IMG/VR virus record: IMGVR_UViG_3300021962_000021
Coordinates: 1 to 64,000 of that record
Length of the DNA stretch: 64,000 bases
Reading direction: 5' to 3' (one strand)
Shown: positions 1 to 11,170 of the stretch, in pieces
Numbering within the stretch: position 1 is the stretch's first letter
Layout: each line of letters begins with the position of its first letter
Program-made: the position numbers and the translations under genes
Notes under the pieces: generated by a model
The model's database searches: none
Told to the model about the DNA's origin: nothing
What the model saw: the letters and a program-made list of their open reading frames with translations, nothing else

Positions 1-25
1 GTTGATGAAACAACGGATGTAGCAA

Positions 26-1081
26 ATGAGTCAGATTAATAAAAAGTATTTAGATATACTAAAACAAATAGATGAAGAACATAGAGGTTTTGGAGATTTA
101 CATAAAAACTCAAAAACCTTAGTTATTGATGGTCTTAATACCTTCATTCGTTCTTGGTCAACAGCACCAAATCTTTCAGATAATGGTGACCATATTGGAG
201 GAATAGTCGGCACTTTAAAAAGTATCGGTTACGCAATCCGTTTAATTAACCCTACCAGAGTTATTATTACATTTGATGGTAAGGGTGGTTCCAAAAGCAG
301 ACAAAATATTTACGCAGGATATAAGGCGGATAGAGCTAAAAACAAAATCCGTCTTAATCGTGCTATCACTGGTGGAGATATGAATCCTGAGGATGAACAA
401 ATCTCAATGAGAAGGCAGATGGTGGGATTGGCAGACTTATTAACTTATTTACCTGTTACCATTATGTTATATGATGGAATTGAGGCAGATGATGTTATGG
501 GTTATATCGCTACCCAATTAAGACAAGAAGGTGAGAAAGTAGTGTTAATGTCCTCAGATAAAGATTTCTTACAATTAGTAAATAAGGATGTAAGTGTTTA
601 CTCACCTACCAAAAAGAAAATATATACACCTGATGTAGTATTAGAAGAATTTGGTATTCATCCACACAATTTTATCAATTTCAGAATGATTGATGGTGAT
701 AAATCCGATAGTATTGAAGGTATCAATGGATTGGGTATCAAATCAATTATCAAAGCATTTCCAATTCTTGCAGAAGAAACTTATCATACAACTGAAAGTA
801 TGTTGGAATATTGTAAGAATGTAGATAAAAGAGTAAAAGCACACGAATTATTTGAAAATGGTTTGGCAATTTGCGAAAGAAATCGTAGATTAATGCAGTT
901 AGCGGAACCTGAATTTAGTGGTAATCTTCGTATGAAAATTATGGATAGATACGATGAACCAACTCCTAAATTTGATAAACAAGGTTTCTTAAAAACAGGA
1001 TTAAGACATGGTGTTGTGGATGCATTTAAAGATATTAATGATTGGTTACAATCCACATTTGGACATATTTCAAAATTTTAA
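26..1081 (+). CDS. 5'-3' exonuclease / flap endonuclease (T4 RNase H, Pol I 5'-3' exo family)
   Basis: IDGLNTF, FDGKGG, YKADR, EADD, SSDKDFLQL, GDKSDSIEGINGLG motifs of the 5'-3' exonuclease family. Confidence 0.9.
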   Translation: MSQINKKYLDILKQIDEEHRGFGDLHKNSKTLVIDGLNTFIRSWSTAPNLSDNGDHIGGIVGTLKSIGYAIRLINPTRVIITFDGKGGSKSRQNIYAGYKADRAKNKIRLNRAITGGDMNPEDEQISMRRQMVGLADLLTYLPVTIMLYDGIEADDVMGYIATQLRQEGEKVVLMSSDKDFLQLVNKDVSVYSPTKKKIYTPDVVLEEFGIHPHNFINFRMIDGDKSDSIEGINGLGIKSIIKAFPILAEETYHTTESMLEYCKNVDKRVKAHELFENGLAICERNRRLMQLAEPEFSGNLRMKIMDRYDEPTPKFDKQGFLKTGLRHGVVDAFKDINDWLQSTFGHISKF

Positions 1082-1093
1082 AAATAAAAAGTT

Positions 1094-1399
1094 ATGGCAG
1101 ACAAATTAGCAAAACCGTTGGGTGATAGAGTTCTTTTAACAGAAACGGATGCACCATCGGAAAAGACAGTAGGTGGTATTATTATACCGGATTCGGCAAG
1201 ACAAGAAGATGTTAAAAGAGCAAAAGTAGAAGCGGTTGGTGATGGATTATTTACACAAGCGGGCGTTCCAATCCCAATGAGTTTAAAAGTTGGTGATGAA
1301 GTTATTCTACCTGGATATCATCAAGGACAAGAAGTTAAGATAGGTGGAAACAAATATATCTTAATTAGAGAATCGGAAATATTAATGGTTATTAGATAA
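1094..1399 (+). CDS. groES: co-chaperonin GroES
   Basis: KPLGDRVL, TVGGIIIPDSA, VEAVGDG, LIRESEIL. Confidence 0.95.
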   Translation: MADKLAKPLGDRVLLTETDAPSEKTVGGIIIPDSARQEDVKRAKVEAVGDGLFTQAGVPIPMSLKVGDEVILPGYHQGQEVKIGGNKYILIRESEILMVIR

Positions 1400-1424
1400 T
1401 AAAAAAACATGGAGGAAACAAACT

Positions 1425-1658
1425 ATGAAGTGTATTAAATGTATTAAACAAACTAAAAATTACGATTTAAACGAAATCCGTAGAACGGAAAATCAAGATG
1501 CGGAAGAAAAAGTAGCAAGTGGTGTTTGGATGTTTATTTCAAAATCAGAATGGAAACTTGCAACTAGAAAACCAAAAACCGAAGAGGTTATATCAACCGA
1601 AGTAGTTGAGAAGGTTAAATCAAAAAAGCAATTAAGAAAAGAAAAAATTAAAGAATAA
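1425..1658 (+). CDS. hypothetical protein
   Basis: 77 aa ORF whose stop overlaps the helicase start (TAATG). Confidence 0.65.
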   Translation: MKCIKCIKQTKNYDLNEIRRTENQDAEEKVASGVWMFISKSEWKLATRKPKTEEVISTEVVEKVKSKKQLRKEKIKE

Positions 1659-3016
1659 TGGAAGCAGTAGATACATTGGTGAAATATGGTCAATCGTATC
1701 AATCTAAAGTTGTTGCTTCATTTATTTCAGATGAAAAATTCTTAGAGCAGGTAAACGAAATTACTAAACCGGAATTCTTCGAATCTCAAGCAAACCAATG
1801 GATTGTAAAAGAAACTCAAAATTACTTTGATGAGTTTCGTGCAACACCGACCATGGAGGTTTTCAAAATCAAAGTGGGAGAGATTGAAGATAAGGTTTTG
1901 AAACAAACTGTCATTGAGCAGTTAAAGGGTGTTTATCAGCAAATAGGAACCGATGATTTACCTTATGTTAAGAAAGAGTATCTTACCTTCGCCAAAAATC
2001 AAAAGGTTAAGGAAGCCCTCTTAAAATCTGTTGATTTACTAAAATCAGGTCAATATGATAAGATTATAGACACAATGACAGCTGCATCTAAAGTAGGTGT
2101 AGAAAATGATTTGGGTTTAGATTTCATTGATGACTTTGAAAATATCTTAGAGGAAGTTAAAAGAGATTCGGTAGGAACCGGATGGGATGTTATTGATGAA
2201 CTAATGGATGGTGGTTTAGGACCAGGTGAGTTAGGAGTAGTTATGGCACCTTCTGGTATTGGTAAGAGTTGGTTTCTATCCAAAATTGCATGTGAGGCTT
2301 TAAAGAGAGGTGTTAATGTTCTTCATTACACTTTGGAATTATCGGAATCATATGTAGGACAAAGATACATTACAATTCTTACAAACATTGCTACCGCAGA
2401 CCAAAAGTTAAGAAAAGATGATATTGTTCGTAAAGTAAAACAAACACCGGGTAGAGTAAAAATCAAATACTATCCACCACAATTCGCATCGGCAAAAACA
2501 TTATCAGCACATATTGATAAAGTTAAAGCAAGTGGTTTCAATCCACAATTAATCATTATAGATTACGCCGATTTGTTAAAGAGTGGTAATAGAGCTAGTG
2601 ATGGTTTATACGCAGAATTAGGTGGTATTTATGAAGAATTGAGAGGATTGAGTGGTATGACAGGTATTCCTGTTTGGACAGCAACACAAACTAATAGAGC
2701 AGCAATTGACCACGAAGTTATCCAAGCCGATTCAGTTGGGGATTCATATAAAAAAGTTCAAACTGCCGATTTCATTATGAGTGTGAGTAGAAAGACCAAA
2801 GATAAGTTATCAAACACAGGCCGTATCCACATTGTAAAGAATAGATTTGGTCCCGATGGTATGACATTTCCTGCTAAGATAGATACTTTTCATGGTGTTA
2901 TGGATGTATTTGCAGCAACATCAGTAGATGGTATGGCAGCTACAAAAGAAAGTAAGAATGGTGAAGGATTGGAAAAGAAACTTTTACATAAGAAATATGT
3001 AGAAAATATGGGGTAA
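1658..3016 (+). CDS. DnaB/gp41-like replicative helicase
   Basis: Walker A APSGIGKS, IIIDYADLL, TATQTNR, IVKNRFG. Confidence 0.93.
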   Translation: MEAVDTLVKYGQSYQSKVVASFISDEKFLEQVNEITKPEFFESQANQWIVKETQNYFDEFRATPTMEVFKIKVGEIEDKVLKQTVIEQLKGVYQQIGTDDLPYVKKEYLTFAKNQKVKEALLKSVDLLKSGQYDKIIDTMTAASKVGVENDLGLDFIDDFENILEEVKRDSVGTGWDVIDELMDGGLGPGELGVVMAPSGIGKSWFLSKIACEALKRGVNVLHYTLELSESYVGQRYITILTNIATADQKLRKDDIVRKVKQTPGRVKIKYYPPQFASAKTLSAHIDKVKASGFNPQLIIIDYADLLKSGNRASDGLYAELGGIYEELRGLSGMTGIPVWTATQTNRAAIDHEVIQADSVGDSYKKVQTADFIMSVSRKTKDKLSNTGRIHIVKNRFGPDGMTFPAKIDTFHGVMDVFAATSVDGMAATKESKNGEGLEKKLLHKKYVENMG

Positions 3017-3172
3017 TAAGTATTAAAAAATAAAAAAATATTTTTTGAAAAAAACCTAAAATTTACTAAAGAAAATGGAACTATTGTCCGTTAGAGTCCA
3101 TATTTATCTTTACATTTTCGGGTTTTTCCGAAAAAATTATTATTAATAAAAATAAAAAAAATTTACAAAACA

Positions 3173-5894
<2,722 letters not shown>

Positions 5895-5917
<23 letters not shown>

Positions 5918-6158
5918 CGCAGTATGGTGTGGACCTTGTAGAATGTTAGCACCTGTAATGAATGAAATCAAAGGTAAATATCCAAATGTAAAGTTTGAAG
6001 ATATTGATATAGATGAATATACATCTGAAGTAGAAAAATACGGAGTAACATCAGTTCCGACCGTAATCATTGAAAAGAATGGTGAATTGTTAGAAAGATT
6101 TACTGGTTTACAATCAAAGATAGCATATCAAAATGCAATTAATGAAGCTATAAAATAG
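5895..6158 (+). CDS. trxA: thioredoxin
   Basis: WCGPC active site, SVPT. Confidence 0.93.
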
Positions 6159-6159
6159 T

Positions 6160-6759
6160 ATGAGATTAGTAGCATTTGGCGATTCATTTACACATGGTTA
6201 TGGTGTTAGTGATAGTATAAAATGGAAAGGTTCAGCGCATCCAAATAAATTTGAAGATTTTTATAGAAGAATGAACTCTTGGCCAAGATATTTGGCAGAA
6301 AAATTAGATATACCATTTATCAATATGGGACAATGTGCGATAGGAAATAAAGAAATATATGAAATAATAAAAGAGAATGTTGATGAAATTTTGGATGATG
6401 ATTTAATAATTGTAGCATTTTCATTTCCATATAGAAATACAACTAGTCCAAATGATGATTATAAAAAAATAGATGAAATATTAAAAAATCACAACAGATA
6501 TTATTTTAATGCATTCTATCCAACGTTTAATGATGAAGAACCAATTAATATAGATTTTAGTAGATTTATAAGACCTGATTATAGTTTTGCATCATATTTA
6601 CAAAATGTTGAAAAAGCAATTCAAAAACCTCTTTTTGAAAATAATTGTTGGTATTCTCCTTTAAATATAGAAGGAAATCAACATCCAAATTTAGAAGGGT
6701 ATAAACATATTGCTCAATTTATCTATGATGAATTAAAAGAAAAATTGAATTTGTTATAA
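6160..6759 (+). CDS. SGNH/GDSL-like hydrolase family protein
   Basis: N-terminal GDSFT block, C-terminal HPN. Confidence 0.65.
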   Translation: MRLVAFGDSFTHGYGVSDSIKWKGSAHPNKFEDFYRRMNSWPRYLAEKLDIPFINMGQCAIGNKEIYEIIKENVDEILDDDLIIVAFSFPYRNTTSPNDDYKKIDEILKNHNRYYFNAFYPTFNDEEPINIDFSRFIRPDYSFASYLQNVEKAIQKPLFENNCWYSPLNIEGNQHPNLEGYKHIAQFIYDELKEKLNLL

Positions 6760-6983
6760 TGAAAAAAATTCCGTATATTAGGGTTATGTTAAAAGGTGAA
6801 GCGCATCCGATGCACAAACTTACTGAAAAGCAAGTTGAAACGATTAGAGAACTATGGAAAGTTGGACATCGTAATATAAAAGTATTGGCTAGAAATAATG
6901 GTGTATCACCTGCTAATATTAAAAAAATAGTTACAAACCAAACATGGCAACATATGCTAAAGTGGCCGTATGAAAAAGCTTAA
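6759..6983 (+). CDS. small HTH DNA-binding protein
   Basis: KGEAHPMHKLTEKQVETIR followed by helix-turn-helix pattern (LARNNGVSPANI), like the HTH module appended to HNH endonucleases. Confidence 0.6.
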   Translation: MKKIPYIRVMLKGEAHPMHKLTEKQVETIRELWKVGHRNIKVLARNNGVSPANIKKIVTNQTWQHMLKWPYEKA

Positions 6984-7725
6984 AATGTCATTTTTTGATT
7001 TTAGTAAAACATATGATTATCCAATATTTTTACAAGAATGTTTAAATAAAGAACAAAATTCTATTTTTAGAAACATAATAGATACACATCATTCTTATGT
7101 AAAATATAAAGATGTTCCACAGAGAAGAATTAATTATTTAATTTATAGAACATCAGATAGTAAACCCATCGGCGCAATAGGAATATCTTCTTGCGTTTTA
7201 GCAATCGGTGTAAGGGATAGGTGGATTGGTTGGGATAAAGAAATTAGATTAATAAATTCAAATAAGGTAGCAAATAATTATAGATTTTGTTTAGTGCCTG
7301 ATAATGGTATTAAAAATGTAGGAACAATGGCACTTAAACTATTAAGAGAAGATGGTGCTAAAAGATGGCAGGAAAAATATGGTGATGAATTAGTATTATT
7401 AGAAACATTTGTCCAACCGCTTATTGAAGGTTCTGAAAATAAAAGAAATGGTGCAGTATATCTGGCCGATAATTGGGTAATGATTGGTGAAACATTAGGA
7501 AATTCTATAAAAAAGGCACCACTATTGTTATGGCAAAAAGAAAATTCTGCAAGAGGTGAATTGGCTAGAACTAATCCAGAAGCAGCTATAGCAAAGTATG
7601 CAGTGGGGAGAGAACACTATGTTGTTACCGAATCGCCTATAAAAAAAGTTTTTGTAAAACCATTAGTAAAAAATTGGAAAGAAAGGTTATTAAATAATGA
7701 AAGAAGCAAACAAACAATATTGTGA
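6970..7725 (+). CDS. DUF4338 (DruA-like, Mom/GNAT-fold) protein
   Basis: RRINYLI, RDRWIGW, VANNYRF, LLETFV, GAVYLADNW-IGET pattern typical of DUF4338. Confidence 0.75.
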   Translation: MKKLKMSFFDFSKTYDYPIFLQECLNKEQNSIFRNIIDTHHSYVKYKDVPQRRINYLIYRTSDSKPIGAIGISSCVLAIGVRDRWIGWDKEIRLINSNKVANNYRFCLVPDNGIKNVGTMALKLLREDGAKRWQEKYGDELVLLETFVQPLIEGSENKRNGAVYLADNWVMIGETLGNSIKKAPLLLWQKENSARGELARTNPEAAIAKYAVGREHYVVTESPIKKVFVKPLVKNWKERLLNNERSKQTIL

Positions 7726-8500
7726 TGTATCCAGAGTTACAATTAGAGAAATAAGTCCATCAATTGCAAAAGAAATTATAGTTAAAAAACACTATACGCA
7801 TGCATGGACGGCTTGTAGATACTCTTTGGGTATATTTTATAGAACCGATGAATCAAACGCATTAGGAGATAACGAAAAGTTAATCGGATGTTTAGTTTAC
7901 GGATTTCCAGTAGGTGCAAGAGCAGCAAATTCTATTTCCGAATTACTTACAAAAGATAATGTATTAGAACTTACTCGTCTTTATTGTGATGATGGGTATG
8001 GTGCTAACATAGAAAGTTATGCAATCGGACAATCATTCAAATGGTTTAGAGAAAACGATAAAGCAATTAAGGTATTGATTTCCTACGCAGATAACGGACA
8101 GGAACATTTGGGTGGTATATACCAAGCAACGAACTGGATATATCAGGGAATGAACACAGAAATTGCTTTAATGCCCAATTACGGAATATCTTTATCAAAC
8201 AACCCATACGATTGGATTCATAGTAGGACAGTATTCTCAATGTGGGGTAGTGGTAATTTAGAACACCTTCGTAGAGAAATCGGAAAGCAAGGATATAAAG
8301 AGTTTTGGAGAAGGGAAGAACCACCAAAGCATAGATATGTGCAAGTAATTACAGGTGATAAAAAAGAAAAGAAAGCAATCTTAAAATCACTAAAACACGC
8401 AGTAAGAGAATATCCAAAGAACGCAAAAGAATTTAATAAGGATATAGAACATCACCTAACAATAGCACCCGAAACAGAATTAGCAAGTAAGTTTTGGTAA
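7697..8500 (+). CDS. Mom-like DNA adenine-modification protein (GNAT fold)
   Basis: IVKKHYTH, LELTRLY, LISYAD, HLGGIYQATNWIYQG; matches the Mu Mom family pattern. Confidence 0.82.
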   Translation: MKEANKQYCDVSRVTIREISPSIAKEIIVKKHYTHAWTACRYSLGIFYRTDESNALGDNEKLIGCLVYGFPVGARAANSISELLTKDNVLELTRLYCDDGYGANIESYAIGQSFKWFRENDKAIKVLISYADNGQEHLGGIYQATNWIYQGMNTEIALMPNYGISLSNNPYDWIHSRTVFSMWGSGNLEHLRREIGKQGYKEFWRREEPPKHRYVQVITGDKKEKKAILKSLKHAVREYPKNAKEFNKDIEHHLTIAPETELASKFW

Positions 8501-8524
8501 TGTGGTATATTTTCCGTATATTAG
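8493..8524 (+). promoter_or_regulatory. Bacteroidota sigma70-type promoter
   Basis: TTTG at 8493-8496, 20 nt spacer, TATATTAG at 8517-8524. Confidence 0.65.
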
Positions 8525-8550
8525 ATTATAACAAAAATAAAATCTGAAAT

Positions 8551-9942
8551 ATGAAAAAAAATTCTAAAATTAAATTTATTGAATTATTACAACACGATTT
8601 ATTAAGACCTAAACAAATTATAAAAATAGATGGTGATATAATACCACAAAGCGGATTAACAAGTTGCGTTTACCAATATTATGATGTTATAAACAAAAAA
8701 TGGTATATTGGTATGCATTTAGATACCGGAAAAGTTTATTGGACATCTACTACAAACAAAGAATTTAAAAAAATTTTAACAAACCATAATTCTCAACTAA
8801 TTTTAACGATTATTAAATGGGGGTCTGTGCAAGAAATGTATCAGTTAGAGCATGAATTACTTTCCAAAGTAAATGCTAGGGATAATAAAGATTATTATAA
8901 TTTATCAAATGGTAAACCTGGTACAAAAGAAATTAATTATAAATTAATAAATCAAATTGCATTAGAGTTAGATTGGATAAGAGATGATAGAAATGATAAA
9001 ACTATCAATGATTTTCAAATTTTAAAATATACAGATAATTTAAACAATATAATCTTTGGATTTAATTTTCTTTTAGAAAAAAATTCAATTAGTGATTTAT
9101 ATAATCATCCAAAACTACAAGTAAGAGCGGAAACTCTTGATAGAGAAAATATGGATAAAATTAAAGGTAGATTATCAATACAGGGTAATTCCGAATTTAC
9201 ATCTCCGCCAATTTTTCTAAAAAATAGAACATATAAAGGTGTGTTTTATAATTATTTATTAATAAGTGGAAACCACACAATAACTTCATATTGGGAACTT
9301 GGGACTCCATTTGATGAAGCAGAAATAAATTGTATCTTTATACCAGAAGAAATACACCAAAAGTTTTCAGATATAGAATTGCATATATTAGGAAATGAAT
9401 TAAATTCTGAAAAACGTGCATCAAAACCGTTTTCAAAAGATGATGCTTTTCGTGAAGGTTTATTTTTACATGAAGAAGGCAATTCTTGGAAAACTAAAGA
9501 AGTTTATGCACAATGGATAAGACGTGGACTTACACCAGCAAATGTATACAATGTTTGGGATAGAATAGACCAAGAAATTATTAATATTAAAATGAGAAAA
9601 TCAAATATGATTGTTATGGATTATGAGGGTGACCACAAATATATTGTTGATGAATTAATTAAAAATACTCCAAATGATATTTTTGCATGTCATTACTCAA
9701 GTGGAGCACCAGCATTAGACCGTATATTAATAAGTTATTGGGATACTCAAGAAGATAGAGAAATAAATAAATTAAAAAAACAAAAATCTATAAGAGTTTA
9801 TATAACACATCCAAGCGAAACCGTTAAAAATAAAACATGGCCTAAATTAAAAAATAGATTTGAAAAAATTCAACGTAAAGAAAATGGAACGCATGTTGAA
9901 TATGTTGAATTAGAAATGTATACAGAAAAAGAAATACGATAA
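8551..9942 (+). CDS. Seg-type GIY-YIG nuclease-like N-terminus fused to ParB/Srx-like domain
   Basis: VYQYY..WYIGMH and E.ELL.KVNARDN.DYYNLSNG (Seg-like); central LQVR..PPIFL..LLISGNHT (ParB-like DGNHR variant). Confidence 0.55.
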   Translation: MKKNSKIKFIELLQHDLLRPKQIIKIDGDIIPQSGLTSCVYQYYDVINKKWYIGMHLDTGKVYWTSTTNKEFKKILTNHNSQLILTIIKWGSVQEMYQLEHELLSKVNARDNKDYYNLSNGKPGTKEINYKLINQIALELDWIRDDRNDKTINDFQILKYTDNLNNIIFGFNFLLEKNSISDLYNHPKLQVRAETLDRENMDKIKGRLSIQGNSEFTSPPIFLKNRTYKGVFYNYLLISGNHTITSYWELGTPFDEAEINCIFIPEEIHQKFSDIELHILGNELNSEKRASKPFSKDDAFREGLFLHEEGNSWKTKEVYAQWIRRGLTPANVYNVWDRIDQEIINIKMRKSNMIVMDYEGDHKYIVDELIKNTPNDIFACHYSSGAPALDRILISYWDTQEDREINKLKKQKSIRVYITHPSETVKNKTWPKLKNRFEKIQRKENGTHVEYVELEMYTEKEIR

Positions 9943-9943
9943 T

Positions 9944-11167
9944 ATGAAATTTTGGGACACAGGCGAAGAAACAAATACCGAAACATTTGATTTCGAAAGA
10001 GAGAAAAAAGCATTGATAGATAATTTAGATTACCTATTTGCAATGTCCGTTCAGGAACAAACTCTATACAAAAAATGGTTAGAGTGGAATGAAGATTTGC
10101 ATGGTAGTATGAAACTACTTCCTGCACTTCATGCACAATACGATAAGATTTGGAAACCGAAAGATATAAACGATAAAGAAGGAACTATTGCAGAAATTCA
10201 AAACATGCAACCTTATGTAGAAATCGTTGAAGAAGGTGAAGAAGCAACTAAGTGGACTTATATGAGAAAGTTAATTAGTTCAATGGAGTTCACACCAAAT
10301 CCGGGTAGAAATGTAAAAGCATTCGTAAAGGATAGAGTAAGTGGTAAAGTATTGGGTGTAATATCATTGGGTTCGGACGTTACTTCAATGGGTGTAAGAG
10401 ATAAGTATATTGGGTGGACTAAAGAAGATAAATTCGAAAAAGGTAAGTTAAACAATACCGCAATCGGAACATCTATTATCGCAACTCAACCTTTGGGTTA
10501 CAACTTTTTAGGTGGTAAATTGGTATCAGCATTAACAACATCCCCCGCATTTAGAGAGCATTGGAAACAAAAATATGAGAATGTTCTAATCGCAGTTGGA
10601 ACAACATCGCTCTATGGTATTCACTCACAATACAATGCTATTCCACATTTCAAAACATTAGGTGAAACAGCGGGTAAGATTAGTATTAAACCTGATGATA
10701 AGTTTTATGACCCTTGGCATCAATGGTTGAAGGTGAATAGAGCAGATTGGTATGCAGAAGAAATCACCGAAGAAAGAGCAAGAAATGGTGCAAATATGGG
10801 TTATGATAGAAACGGACCTGTAAGTGGTATTAAACAAAAGATAATTACAAAAATATTCAAAGAATTGGGTATTAAAGCAGACCAATATCATCACGGATTT
10901 CAAAGAGGTGTATACTTCGCAATGATGTATGAAAATGGAAATGAATTCCTTTGTGATAAAATTACTGAAGATAAATTAGTAATGAAGGATAAGTTTGTAG
11001 AAGGTGATGATTATACAATCCGTTGGTGGAAAAAACAAGCAATCAAACGATATTCAAAATTGCACGAAGAAGGTAGATTAAAACCAGAAACTCTGTTTTA
11101 CGCGGATGCAATCGGATTGACTTGGGAACAAATGAAAGACAAATTTTTAGCAGACGTAGGAAGATAA
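9944..11167 (+). CDS. Druantia DruA-like (DUF4338) protein
   Basis: VLGVISLGSD, RDKYIGW, QPLGYNFLGGKL, TTSLYG. Confidence 0.75.
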   Translation: MKFWDTGEETNTETFDFEREKKALIDNLDYLFAMSVQEQTLYKKWLEWNEDLHGSMKLLPALHAQYDKIWKPKDINDKEGTIAEIQNMQPYVEIVEEGEEATKWTYMRKLISSMEFTPNPGRNVKAFVKDRVSGKVLGVISLGSDVTSMGVRDKYIGWTKEDKFEKGKLNNTAIGTSIIATQPLGYNFLGGKLVSALTTSPAFREHWKQKYENVLIAVGTTSLYGIHSQYNAIPHFKTLGETAGKISIKPDDKFYDPWHQWLKVNRADWYAEEITEERARNGANMGYDRNGPVSGIKQKIITKIFKELGIKADQYHHGFQRGVYFAMMYENGNEFLCDKITEDKLVMKDKFVEGDDYTIRWWKKQAIKRYSKLHEEGRLKPETLFYADAIGLTWEQMKDKFLADVGR

Positions 11168-11170
11168 AAT

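Noticed and set aside
3017-3172. NrdR box or cobalamin riboswitch upstream of nrdJ
   Set aside because: No match to either consensus; only a short TTTTCGG/CCGAAAA hairpin and a TATTTAT motif
6970-11167. Complete Druantia defence system
   Set aside because: No DruE-like large helicase or DruB-D genes nearby; only DUF4338/DruA-type genes
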